From Candidatus Marinacidobacterales bacterium (GTDB taxonomy: Bacteria; Acidobacteriota; Vicinamibacteria; Marinacidobacterales; DATDRI01), in NCBI GenBank assembly GCA_965219415.1, contig OZ244742.1, forward strand, positions 768,001 through 832,000: a stretch of DNA of 64,000 bases, read 5' to 3'. Positions 29,780 through 39,580 of this stretch are shown here, piece by piece. A program made the position numbers and the translations under genes. Under the pieces are notes generated by a model. It did not search any database. It was not told the origin of the DNA and was given only the letters and a program-made list of their open reading frames with translations. Numbering within the stretch: the stretch's first letter is position 1; each line of letters starts with the position of its first letter.

Positions 29780-30352
29780 TCAGGCTTCGGCTTCCGCGGC
29801 CGGCGGAGCCTCGTCCTTCTGAGCCTTGAGCTTTTCCAGGACGGCCTTGCTCGGTACCAAAATGAGATACTTCTGATTGCCTTCCATCCTGGACCTCATT
29901 TCAAGCGTCGCTAGCTCTTCCAACTCTCCGATGAGCCGATTCAGGATCTTGTCCCCGAGCTCACCGTGAGAGCGCTCGCGCCCGCGAAACATGATCGTCG
30001 CTTTGACCTTGTTGCCCTCTTGGAGGAAGCGGGTGATGTGATTCTTCTTGAACTGATAGTCGTGCTCATCGATCTTCACCCTGAACTTTACCTCTTTGAC
30101 TTGTATCGTCCGTTGATGCTTCTTTGCCTCGTGCGCACGCTTGTTTCTTTGGTAAAGGTACTTGCCGAAGTTCATGATCCGGCAAACGGGGGGCCGTGCC
30201 GTCGCCACGATCTCGACCAAATCCAAATCCTTCTCCCGAGCCATCTTGAGCGCTTCCTCGGGAGGCATGATGCCGATTTGCGTTCCGTCCTCGTCGATTA
30301 ACCGGATCTCACGCACCCGGATCCGTTCGTTGACCCGGACCGATTTTTCGAT
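29780..30352 (-). CDS. infC: Translation initiation factor IF-3 (non-canonical ATC start)
   Basis: GGAGGTG RBS then ATC-GAA-AAA..RVNERIR; PPVCRIM, KEVKFR, FRGRE. Confidence 0.95.
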   Translation of the reverse strand: MEKSVRVNERIRVREIRLIDEDGTQIGIMPPEEALKMAREKDLDLVEIVATARPPVCRIMNFGKYLYQRNKRAHEAKKHQRTIQVKEVKFRVKIDEHDYQFKKNHITRFLQEGNKVKATIMFRGRERSHGELGDKILNRLIGELEELATLEMRSRMEGNQKYLILVPSKAVLEKLKAQKDEAPPAAEAEA

Positions 30353-30540
30353 AGCTCACCTCCGCCTGAATGATGAATCCAACTGAAGACTACCGGGCTT
30401 CCCTTGAAAAGGGAAGATAGTCCCTAAATTTAACCTCATTATGCCCGTCATGGCACCGCAATTCTACCGCCGTCTGACCACCTTGCATAGTGGCACGACA
30501 TCGTTTGACGGCCAAACCAATTCTAGCTGTCACGAGCTAG

Positions 30541-32478
30541 CTAGGGGGTAAGGGCCCGGCGCTCGACGAGATCCTTGGCCAGCTGGGAGAACTCCGAGAG
30601 GCCCATCGCCCCCTTGTCACCCTCGGTCCGATTCCTAACCGATAGGTTCTGAGCCTCCACTTCGCGATCCCCGAGCACCAGCATGAACGGAATCTTCTTC
30701 GACTGGGCATCCCGAATCTTGTAGCCGGTCTTCTCGCTGCGAGCGTCGAGTTTGGCCCTAATTCCTTCTTTACGGAGGGCTTCCGTCACTTGCCGGGCAT
30801 ATTCTGTATGCCGTTCTGCAATGGGGAGCACCACCGCTTGCACCGGGGCTAGCCAAAACGGAAAGGCCCCGCCGGTGTGCTCGATGAGCACCGCGACGAA
30901 TCGCTCGAAGGAGCCCAGGATGGCCCTATGAATGACGACCGGACGTTGGCGGCTCCCATCTTCAGCGGCGTAGTGCAGATCGAAGCGGTCGGCCTGAAAG
31001 AAATCCAGCTGGATGGTGGCGCACTGGTGCGAGCGGCCAAGGGCGCCTTTAACGTGAAAGTCTATCTTGGGCCCATAGAACGCCCCATCGCCGGGGTTCA
31101 TGCCGAACTCGCACTCCTTCCCCTCGAGCGCCTTCTGAAGAGCAGCTTCCGCCTCGTCCCACTGCTCGGCCGTTCCGATGGAGCTTTCCGGCCGGGTAGA
31201 GAGCTCGACCCGAGCCCCTTCGAACCCCATTTCGCCGTAGACCTCAAGGACCAGATCGATGAGGTCCTCGACCTCCGATTGGACCTGCTCCATGGTGCAG
31301 TAAATGTGGGCATCGTCCATGAGGAAAGCCCGCACCCGAGTGAGGCCGGACAGCACGCCGGAACGCTCAAATCGATGGCAATGTCCGAACTCCGCCAGCC
31401 GCAGGGGCAGATCTCGATACGATCGCAACTCGCTCTCGTAGACGATGGCCGCCCCGGGGCAGTTCATCGGCTTAATACCGAATCGAGTCGATTCAGTCTC
31501 GTCCCTCTCGACGAAATACATGTTGTCCTGGTAGTGATCCAGGTGGCCGGTCCGGCGCCATAGTTCCTCGTCTAAGATGAGCGGGGTACGGATCTCGAGG
31601 TAGTCGCGCCGCTCGAGCTTTTCTCGCATGTAGTCCATGAGCAGGTTCACGACGCGCCATCCGTTGGGTAGCCAAAACACTTGCCCTGGCGCATCGGTCA
31701 CGATGGTGAAGAGTCCCAACTCGCGCCCGAGCTTCCGATGGTCGCGTCGCTTGGCTTCCTCCACCCGGTGAAGATGCTCGTCCAGCTCTTTCTGATTGAA
31801 GAAGCTGGTCGCATGGATCCGCTGCATCGGCGCGTTGCTCTCATCGCCCTTCCAATACGCGCCGGAGCAACCGAGAACTTTTAGCGCTTTGACTTGGCCA
31901 CTCGAAGGAATATGGGGTCCCCGGCAAAAATCGAAAAACTTCCCCAACCAATAGCAGGAAACGACCGGTTCGCCTTTTTCCTCGACCAGCTCCAATTTGA
32001 AGTCTTGCCCGAGCTCACGGAATTTTTCGAGGGCTTCCGCCTTAGGCATCTCCACGCGCTGATAGGGAACATTCCGACCGACGATCTCTTCCATCTTTTT
32101 TTCGATAGCCTCAAGATCTTCGGGCGTGAAGGGCCGCGGCATCTGGAAATCGTAAAAGAATCCTTCCTCGGTGGGCGGGCCCACCCCGCACTTGGCCTCC
32201 GGGAAGAGCTCAATGACCGCAGCCGCTAACAGATGAGCCGAACTGTGCCGGTAGATTTCGAGCATCTCGGGATCTTTGGCCGTCAGAATCTCGAGCTTTG
32301 CGTCGGACTTCACTGGATGAGAAAGATCGACTTGCACGCCGTCTACCTTGGCGGCGAGCGCACGCTTAGACAAACCGCGCGAGATATCGTTCGCGATCTC
32401 CTTCACGGTCTGGCCGGCGGGAACCTCCCTCTTGTTCCCATCGGGCAACGTTATCGATACGACGCGTTGATCACTCAT
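30541..32478 (-). CDS. thrS: Threonine--tRNA ligase
   Basis: TGS domain, HSSAHL, DFCRGPH, RDHRKLG, KPMNCP, GAFYGPKID, IHRAILGS.ERF. Confidence 0.98.
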   Translation of the reverse strand: MSDQRVVSITLPDGNKREVPAGQTVKEIANDISRGLSKRALAAKVDGVQVDLSHPVKSDAKLEILTAKDPEMLEIYRHSSAHLLAAAVIELFPEAKCGVGPPTEEGFFYDFQMPRPFTPEDLEAIEKKMEEIVGRNVPYQRVEMPKAEALEKFRELGQDFKLELVEEKGEPVVSCYWLGKFFDFCRGPHIPSSGQVKALKVLGCSGAYWKGDESNAPMQRIHATSFFNQKELDEHLHRVEEAKRRDHRKLGRELGLFTIVTDAPGQVFWLPNGWRVVNLLMDYMREKLERRDYLEIRTPLILDEELWRRTGHLDHYQDNMYFVERDETESTRFGIKPMNCPGAAIVYESELRSYRDLPLRLAEFGHCHRFERSGVLSGLTRVRAFLMDDAHIYCTMEQVQSEVEDLIDLVLEVYGEMGFEGARVELSTRPESSIGTAEQWDEAEAALQKALEGKECEFGMNPGDGAFYGPKIDFHVKGALGRSHQCATIQLDFFQADRFDLHYAAEDGSRQRPVVIHRAILGSFERFVAVLIEHTGGAFPFWLAPVQAVVLPIAERHTEYARQVTEALRKEGIRAKLDARSEKTGYKIRDAQSKKIPFMLVLGDREVEAQNLSVRNRTEGDKGAMGLSEFSQLAKDLVERRALTP

Positions 32479-32557
32479 AGTTCGAAGATAGTTTGGCCCA
32501 CAAAAAAATCCGCGGCGGATCGCTAGGATCCTCGCGGACGGCAGGATATCCAGCAAA

Positions 32558-32632
32558 TGGTAGGCGCGGAGGGATTTGAACCCCCGACATCTACCACGTC
32601 AAGGTAGCGCTCTCCCACTGAGCTACGCGCCT
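32558..32632 (-). tRNA. tRNA-Val(GAC)
   Basis: AGGCGCGTAGCTCAGTGGGAGAGCG-CTACC-TTGACGT-GGTAG-..GGTTCAAATCC..CCA; anticodon GAC. Confidence 0.97.
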
Positions 32633-32655
32633 ACAAAACACCAACGTGGCCCGGC

Positions 32656-32684
32656 AGTATAACAAGGTGCAGGAATGGTGTCAA
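32656..32684 (-). promoter_or_regulatory. Near-consensus sigma70 promoter for tRNA-Val/thrS
   Basis: TTGACA-17-TATACT. Confidence 0.85.
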
Positions 32685-32814
32685 CCCTTCAAACCTTTTT
32701 TTTACAAGAAGATAGACCGCGAAAGGGCGGATCCCGTGGGCTGATCTCGTCATTGGTGCATTGACGGGAGGGTGTCGGGGATCGGGAGGGCGATGCGGTG
32801 GGCCGGTCTTGGAG

Positions 32815-32930
32815 AAGTCCTTCAAGACCATATAGTCCAGGTCCACTATCCCCGACAAAAAACGAGTGCAGATCATGCAAGAGAAAAAGAGCCTATATAG
32901 GTAACCTGGACTTGGTGGACTAGAAGGTCC
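32815..32930. other. Putative replication origin (inverted GTCC/GGAC iterons around an A-rich spacer)
   Basis: aagtcc, agtcca, ggtcca then tggact, tggact, directly downstream of the helicase stop. Confidence 0.5.
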
Positions 32931-32947
32931 GGCTACTCGTCGTCGCA

Positions 32948-34522
32948 TCACCCGATCCTCTTCTCCACGGCGCTAAAGCGTTTCTTGGTGCTCAACTCGG
33001 CCTTCACGTACACTGAAGCCTTGTAGCTCTTCGGAACCTTCCGGCCTCTCCAGTCGATCCAGATTGTCCAACGACCTCGCTTCGTGTCCGCCGAATTCCG
33101 AAACGCGACATAACCTACCTGCTCCAGTCGCCCGGGGATCTGGCGTGCGTGTTTTTTATCCCGAAGCCATTTCGCCAATTCCGGAAGATCGCCCTTGGCG
33201 AGTGCCTTCTCTTCGGTGATGGACTCCACAAGCTCGTTTACCGTGAGGCAATCGGGGTTTCCCATCTCCTCGATAGCATCGGCAAGGTCGGCCTCCTCGG
33301 GCGAGGCGTTCGTAGCGGCGATCTCGTAGAATGCTTCGGTTTTCGGCGGGGGGGCTTTTGGGTCGAACTTGGAAACGTCGCGCTCCAAGAGAAGTGCCGC
33401 GATATGCCGATTTCCGCCGCTCGCGTGCCATCCGTAGAGCTTCGTGAAGTAGTCGCTCGGAAAATCTCCGCTTGACACGTTGCTCCAGGCGACGAAGTGC
33501 CGGCGGTCGTTTCGTGGTAGGTAAATCCCAGACGACTTGTAGTTGGACGTGTAGATGGTGCCGAAGACGTTCCGGACGTGATACTGCTTGGTGTTTTTCT
33601 CGTTGCACAAAATATAGTCGGGAGGCGTCGCTAGGAAGGCTTTCGACGCCTCGTAGAATTCATACCGATTAGAGTCGCCGGTGTCTCTGACTTCTGATAC
33701 TCGAAGCAAAACACACCGTAGCCAAGGGTTGAAAGGTTCGGTCATGTGTCGAGGGGAAACCTCGCTCACATTCCAGTTGCCGAACGCATCAATAAGAAGG
33801 TCGATGACGGTATCCTTTCCGATTCCTGGATCACCGTCGAGGAAGAGGGCATGGTTGATCTTTACCCCCGGATGTTGGGCTTTGTAGCTCAGATAATCGA
33901 GGATGGGATTGGCGTCGTCGGGATAGATTCGGTTCACGTGTTCGACGAACGGTTCCGCTTTTTTCGCGTCTCCCACTTCAACACTCGCCCCTCGATAGCG
34001 ATTGAAGATGCGATTTCCTGGACTCTCGACGAGTGCGCCATCGAGTAGGATGTGATCTTCGATAACTTGTGGATCACCAGGCGACCACGTCATCTGTTCG
34101 ACGGGTCGGTGTGTCGCGATCCAAAGCGATGCCTTTTGCTTGTCCACGCTTGGAATGCGTGCGTCGACCATCTTCGCGGGCCAGAGTTTTCCCGTGGGAA
34201 GGTAGATGTACTGGCCCTCTTCCATCACAGCAAGAAAGTTATTGACTGAGAGTCGAGACGTTGCGCCACCCAACCATGTGATGAATTTTCGATAGGCTAC
34301 TTCCTTTAGGTGCTTTTCTAGATTGTCGTCAACATGCTCACCCTTTTCGATTCGGGTAGCGGTCGATTTGACGCATTCCATCCAGTCATCGACGTCGTTC
34401 CCTGTGGCTTCGGCGAGGAGTGAACCAAATTTGCGCACGTGATCGATGGGGGTGTCATTGTTCAGCAGGAAACCAGCGAGAGCCAATCGAGCGTCATGGA
34501 GGAACTTTCCTTTATCCTTCAT
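32948..34522 (-). CDS. Phage-type SF3 helicase (DUF5906 / NrS-1-like), probable C-terminal part of a primase-helicase
   Basis: Walker A GDPGIGKD, FNPWL, VSE, TSN, DRRHFV; removing one G from the G5 run at 34527-34531 fuses it to the prim-pol ORF. Confidence 0.85.
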   Translation of the reverse strand: MKDKGKFLHDARLALAGFLLNNDTPIDHVRKFGSLLAEATGNDVDDWMECVKSTATRIEKGEHVDDNLEKHLKEVAYRKFITWLGGATSRLSVNNFLAVMEEGQYIYLPTGKLWPAKMVDARIPSVDKQKASLWIATHRPVEQMTWSPGDPQVIEDHILLDGALVESPGNRIFNRYRGASVEVGDAKKAEPFVEHVNRIYPDDANPILDYLSYKAQHPGVKINHALFLDGDPGIGKDTVIDLLIDAFGNWNVSEVSPRHMTEPFNPWLRCVLLRVSEVRDTGDSNRYEFYEASKAFLATPPDYILCNEKNTKQYHVRNVFGTIYTSNYKSSGIYLPRNDRRHFVAWSNVSSGDFPSDYFTKLYGWHASGGNRHIAALLLERDVSKFDPKAPPPKTEAFYEIAATNASPEEADLADAIEEMGNPDCLTVNELVESITEEKALAKGDLPELAKWLRDKKHARQIPGRLEQVGYVAFRNSADTKRGRWTIWIDWRGRKVPKSYKASVYVKAELSTKKRFSAVEKRIG

Positions 34523-35087
34523 GGTTCCCCCATTGGTGTAAGAGAAGCGCGAACGCTGCTAGTTGGTTCACGGACTGCACAAGCTCTTTTGCCGAAACGA
34601 GCGGCGGTTGCCCCGCGGGGATCTTTCCGTCTTGCCATTCGATGAGTTCCCCATTCGGATGAATTGAGCCGGGGAGCATAGACTGTGCTCCGAGGGTGCC
34701 GGTCGAGGTAACCCCTCGAAGCTCGACGAGCATCTGGCTGTCGATCTTGCGTTGCCTCGTCTTGATGGGACGGTCCACTAAGTAGAGAAAATGAGACGTG
34801 CGCTTGGATTCGCGACCGTAGATGAACGTAGTCTGCGGGAGAAACTCCGACGCCAGAGGTGCGACTGGCGGGAAGTCAATGTCAACGTCTACTATCCACC
34901 CATGACTTTCATCAGGTAGTACAATCTCGAACCCAAGAATGAGTCCAAGATTCTCAGAGGCATCGTCGGCGATCTGATGTATCTTCTTGGCCCAACCGCG
35001 ATCTTTGAGGGCTTTCGTACCCTTGGCGTAGGGAACAAGGCGCCAACTCCTTGCGAGGTACTCTCGGATGAGTTCGGCGGCGTTCAT
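34512..35087 (-). CDS. Bifunctional primase-polymerase (Prim-Pol) N-terminal domain
   Basis: NLGLILG, IVDVDID, SHFLY, VELRG, QSMLPGSIHP.G; ATG overlaps the alpA stop (TGATG). Confidence 0.85.
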   Translation of the reverse strand: MNAAELIREYLARSWRLVPYAKGTKALKDRGWAKKIHQIADDASENLGLILGFEIVLPDESHGWIVDVDIDFPPVAPLASEFLPQTTFIYGRESKRTSHFLYLVDRPIKTRQRKIDSQMLVELRGVTSTGTLGAQSMLPGSIHPNGELIEWQDGKIPAGQPPLVSAKELVQSVNQLAAFALLLHQWGNHEG

Positions 35088-35201
35088 CAATCCGCCCTCC
35101 GCGAGAGGAGCCAGTTGATAACATCCAAGCGTAGGAAAACGTACGTTTTCCTTTTCTTCCCACTTACAGCGATTGGTTTTGGAAAGTCAGGCTCTTGTTG
35201 C

Positions 35202-36637
35202 GAGTCAAGCCCATTCTTAGTTGAAACTCTCCACGGCTCACGTTTAAGCGACCTTCTTCTTCGATACGGTTGATGTCTTCGCCTCGATCTTCAGTTCCCG
35301 CTTGAGAGCTTCGCGAAGCTTGGGAAGATGGCGGTAGCCCACCACCTTCCTCAAGCGCGGTTCGATGTCTACGAGCGCCGTTGCCAACCAGCGCTGGCGT
35401 TGGCTCGAGTTCTTCCAGTGGTCGACCTTCGCGCAGCGTTCCTCGACGAGAGCATTGACGGACTCAAGGCAGTTCGTCGTCTTGAACGAACGGCCCAGCA
35501 CCGCGTGCACGCCGAGTCGATGCAACGTCAGCGTCTCCTCGAGGCCTTCCTCCAGGCTGCCAGCTGCGGATTGGTTCCGCTCTTCTAACTCACCGTGGAG
35601 TTGCTCGAGCGCAGTGAGGGCCTCTTCGTACTCCGGCCTGTTGTAGGCCCACTGGAGCCGCTTGCGCCATGACGCCTGCTCGCCCTTGGACAGGTAGCTC
35701 ACTACGTTTTCACGTTTGTTGCCACTGGCAGCGTTGTATCAGGGCCCGCTTACGGAATGCCTTCTTGACTGCCGCTTGGAGACCCTTGCCGCCGTCGATG
35801 ATCACCAGCAGACCCTGGGAGATATCGAGTCCCCGCTCGAGCAGTGAACGCAGGAACGGCGTCAACACCTGCGCGTTCTCCGTGTCCGTCTCCACGAAGC
35901 CCAAGAAGCGTTTTTCCCCGCAAAGCGTGATGCCCAGAGCCACGACCATCGTTGCCTCGGCGAATGTCTTCCCATCCAGAAACAGCGCCACCACATCCTC
36001 GCCGGTCAGATCCCGTTCCTGCATCTCCCGCAGCTTCGCAGCGCTCGCTTGCACGAACCCTCGGGACACCGTTGAGCTCGACAGCCCGATGGCGCCCGGA
36101 ATCGCTTCCGCTGCCGCCTCGTAGTTGCGACAAGAGATTCCGTAGAGAACTCGTTTCAGCAGAAGATCATTCACCTCACCGCCGTGGCTCACCGCCTCGT
36201 AGCAGCGAAGCGGAATCTCTCCTCCCTCGATGCTCCGAACCCGTGGCACACGGATCGGTACCCGCTGGCCGCCAAGCCCTACCGTGCCCGGGTTGCTTCC
36301 GGGACGGCGACCGCGCTCCAGCTCGTCCTTGCGAGAGTATCGCTCTCCCGCCAACGCCTTCACTTCGTCGTCGAGCAACTCGTGAACGTGCATTAGACCA
36401 AGGGGGACCAACCAACGGATCATCTCTACCTTGGCGTCCAGCACGAGTTCCCCGTAATCCTCGTGCCTCACCATCTCGACCTCACCCAAACGACGCGACT
36501 TCTTGCGTTTCTTGACCGAACGTAGCAGACTTCCCATCTCGGCTCCTTTCTTCGCGGCTTGATTTTGTTTTGTCCAACGCCATCAAACCACGGGGTTTGG
36601 AGCCGTTTCAATTCCCAACTAAGATTGGCACACTTTC
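35202..36637 (-). mobile_element. IS256-family insertion sequence (1436 bp)
   Basis: Imperfect IRs gagtcaagcccattcttagttg / gaaagtgtgccaatcttagttg; 8-bp TSD cttgttgc (35194-35201, 36638-36645). Confidence 0.93.
35244..36537 (-). pseudogene. IS256 transposase (one frameshift)
   Basis: LFLDG, IIDGGKG, QRCQW(HKRENV) broken by an extra base near 35720, TTNCLES.N. Confidence 0.88.
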
Positions 36638-37001
36638 CTTGTTGCAACCGCCAAAGGGTAGAGCGGGAAATCTTCAGAAGCCGAGCGGCTTCGTGGACGG
36701 AGACGAATGGATCGGGATCTTGCCCTGCGGGTCTAACGGATTGTTCGGAGTGGGATCTTTCGGTCACGATGCGTTGCCTTCCGCATTCGCGCCGAGTAAA
36801 TCCCCTTCATCTCGGAACTAAAATCGAACGTCTTAAGCTGGTTGTTACCAGCGACAGCCGAAGCGTCTACTAGTGCATAACACCTACTTGCGTTTGGCAT
36901 GTCGGGATACTGTGAAAGCCCGCTAGTTATAGGCCCGCTCGATTCTCGAAATGTTTTTGTCAGCATAAAAAATACCTTAGCGTCGAGTCTAGTGTGGAAA
37001 G

Positions 37002-37313
37002 TTACTTACTACTTTTTCGCTCCAGTGCTCGGAGCACGTGTTGGTAAGCCTTTGCGAATTCTTTAGGGGGTTCTGTCGCGCGGGGATGTCCCTCTGGATA
37101 CTCCCAACGGAGTACGGTCCATTGACTGCAACCCACCAACCCTGCAAGTTCCTCCTGAGACAGCCCAGCCCGCTCTCTGATCTGTCTCCGCTCTGCACGC
37201 GGCGGGAGGACAACCCTTTCCGCCTTCTTCGTCTCGAGGAGCGCATCTAACGCCGCATCCATTTTTTTCACATCAAACCTTTCCGTTTGTTTTTTACGAG
37301 TCTTCCTCCTCAT
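37002..37313 (-). CDS. XRE-family HTH regulator
   Basis: RERAGLSQEELAGLVGCSQWTVLRWE; RBS AGAGGAG. Confidence 0.85.
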   Translation of the reverse strand: MRRKTRKKQTERFDVKKMDAALDALLETKKAERVVLPPRAERRQIRERAGLSQEELAGLVGCSQWTVLRWEYPEGHPRATEPPKEFAKAYQHVLRALERKSSK

Positions 37314-37549
37314 CTCCTCTGAAATTGACTATAGCCTATATCAACAAGCATGTCAATAGTGATACCACGTTGTGGATCAGGAGGTATACCACGTGGCGTG
37401 GCTGTCATTGAACATGCTAGTTACCTTCAAGATTCAGTAGATTTCAGCTAATTTCAGGGGCTCATCTTGTATGCCGTTAAACCCTACATACCATTAGGGA
37501 TACACCTCACCCCATCGTCGGATTGACTTCGTATCGGGAGGACGGGATA

Positions 37550-39313
37550 ATGAACGTTCCGCCAGGAATCCGCATGGCTTCAACGCGACGCCCCGCAGCG
37601 ACCGCTGCTTCGACGAATATCCCCGATCTTTTGGATATTCTGTCCGCTCAGGGCACTCTGACGCCGGAGCTGGTCGAGAAGGTCAAGCGGGCTCGCAAGC
37701 TGAACCCAGGCCCCGAAGCCGACATTCTCTTACAGCTGGGCATACTGAGCGAAATCGAGATCGCTCAGGCCGTCGCGCAACACGCCAAACTCCCCTTCTT
37801 GAAGATCAATCCTCTCGATCTCGACCTCGATGTCGTCACTGGTGCTCTACCCGCCCCCTTTGCCCGCAAGCATACGATGTGTGCGATCTCGAAGCACCGA
37901 AAAGGCATCACCGTGGCGATAGCCAATCCGTTCAACCTAGCTCCGCTACGCGACCTTCAGCAGTTCGCGGGACTCGAGGTCAAGCTGGTGGTTGCCACTC
38001 GCAGCGACATCGAAATGGTCAACAAGGGTTTCTACGACCTCAAGACCTCCCTCCAAGTCGCGGAAAGCCAGCTCAACGAAGGGCGCATCTCCTCCATCGA
38101 CGTAACCAACCAAGAATTCCTCTCCGGCCCGTCAGAAGAGATGGATCCCTCGATGCAGCCGGTTGTCACGGCGCTGGATAGCCTGCTGGATCACGCGTTT
38201 GAGCAACGAGCCTCCGACATACACCTAGAGCCCAAGCGGAACATCGCCCTGGTTCGTTTGCGAATCGACGGCGTGCTCCACGACGTGCACGTCATTCCCA
38301 AGATCGTTTACCAAGCGGTGGCGAGTCGTATCAAAATGCTGAGTGGGCTCAACATCGCTGAGAAACGGCGTCCTCAGGATGGCCGAATCAAGAGAGATCG
38401 GGGCGGCAAGGAGATCGAAATTCGGGTATCGACGATGCCTACCGTCTTTGGCGAAAAATGCGTGCTCCGCGTCTTCGATCCCGACATTCTGCTCCAGTCG
38501 CTGGACGAGCTCGGCTTCTCGGAAAAGGATTTCCCGAAGTTCCAATCATTTCTCTCCCACAAGGAAGGCATCATCCTCGTTACCGGTCCGACCGGGAGCG
38601 GAAAGACCACGACGCTTTACTCGGCCCTCCGCCATCTATCGCGACCCGAGATCAACATCGTCAACATCGAGGACCCGGTCGAGTTGATCCATGACGACTT
38701 CAACCAAGTGCAGATCAGGCCTCAGATCGGGGTCACCTTCGCCAACGCCATCCGCACCGTGCTTCGCCAAGACCCTGATGTCGTGATGGTGGGAGAGATT
38801 CGAGACAACGAAACAGCCGACATGGCGGTCCAGGCTGCACTCACCGGTCACCTGGTACTTTCCACGCTACATACCAACGACGCTCCCTCGGCAATCACGC
38901 GCCTTTTGGACCTAGAGATACCGCCGTTTCTGATCACGTCTACGTTGGTCGGGATCTTGGCGCAGCGGTTAGTGCGAACGCTCTGCTCGAAGTGCGTCGA
39001 GGAGAGCAAACCCACAGAGGAGGAAGCCTTGGTCCTCCAAGTCCCCTACGAGAAAATCTCGGGGCTTCTCTTCCGTCGAGGCAAAGGCTGTATCCACTGC
39101 CGACAGACCGGCTACGTCGGCCGGAGCGGCGTGTACGAGGTCATGCCGGTCTCGTCCAAGATCCGCAAGTTGATTATCTCCAAAGCCGAAGCGCCGGAAA
39201 TCGTCCGAATCGCCCGCGAGGAAGGGATGCGATCTCTACGTGAGTCCGCTATAGAAAAGCTGGTGCGGGGAGTGTCGACGGTCTCTGAGATCCTCCGAGT
39301 TACGTCGCATTAA
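37550..39313 (+). CDS. GspE/PilB-family secretion/pilus assembly ATPase
   Basis: ASDIHLEP, PQDGRI, GPTGSGKTTTLY, EDPVE, LRQDPD, TGHLVLSTLHTN, CxxC..CxxC. Confidence 0.95.
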   Translation: MNVPPGIRMASTRRPAATAASTNIPDLLDILSAQGTLTPELVEKVKRARKLNPGPEADILLQLGILSEIEIAQAVAQHAKLPFLKINPLDLDLDVVTGALPAPFARKHTMCAISKHRKGITVAIANPFNLAPLRDLQQFAGLEVKLVVATRSDIEMVNKGFYDLKTSLQVAESQLNEGRISSIDVTNQEFLSGPSEEMDPSMQPVVTALDSLLDHAFEQRASDIHLEPKRNIALVRLRIDGVLHDVHVIPKIVYQAVASRIKMLSGLNIAEKRRPQDGRIKRDRGGKEIEIRVSTMPTVFGEKCVLRVFDPDILLQSLDELGFSEKDFPKFQSFLSHKEGIILVTGPTGSGKTTTLYSALRHLSRPEINIVNIEDPVELIHDDFNQVQIRPQIGVTFANAIRTVLRQDPDVVMVGEIRDNETADMAVQAALTGHLVLSTLHTNDAPSAITRLLDLEIPPFLITSTLVGILAQRLVRTLCSKCVEESKPTEEEALVLQVPYEKISGLLFRRGKGCIHCRQTGYVGRSGVYEVMPVSSKIRKLIISKAEAPEIVRIAREEGMRSLRESAIEKLVRGVSTVSEILRVTSH

Positions 39314-39324
39314 TCAGTGCGCGC

Positions 39325-39419
39325 CCGCCTTCGTTCGCTTTAGCCTGTCTAATCTAGCGAACTACGGCGAGGCCTCGCCGTAGCCGTTGGCCTGGACAGA
39401 AGACCAACGGCGAAGGCGG
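39325..39419. repeat. Multi-hairpin palindromic repeat, copy 2
   Basis: CCGCCTTCG..CTACGGC..GCCGTAG..GGCGAAGGCGG between convergent genes. Confidence 0.7.
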
Positions 39420-39580
39420 GCGGGGCCCCACCGCCGCCCGGCTAGCTTCGGTCAAAGCAACCACCTAATTTGGCGGCCAACAGGAATTGCGTACCCGCCT
39501 GGCTAGCTTCAGATTGGCAACAACGTATTTTGGCGGCCGACAGGTGACTCCGCTCGGGCTGTTTCGTTCGCCGGGAGGGT

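Larger units (their letters stand above)
35087..36767 (-). pseudogene. AlpA-family HTH regulator/excisionase interrupted by IS256
   Basis: EAARLLKISRSTLWRLQQ|EPDFPKPIAVSG..VFLRLDVINWL* rejoins in frame after IS removal. Confidence 0.85.
32720..37510. mobile_element. Phage-satellite/PICI-like replicon remnant, boundaries approximate
   Basis: XRE regulator, alpA, prim-pol/helicase and ori-like repeats between tRNA-Val promoter and pilB; appears more AT-rich than flanks; no integrase seen. Confidence 0.7.

Noticed and set aside
32558-32632. tRNA-Val as the integration site of the adjacent element
   Set aside because: The element is on the 5' side and no duplicated tRNA 3' fragment was found
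36733-36966. 77-aa ORF inside the satellite
   Set aside because: No recognisable motif or RBS, and it overlaps the alpA start region
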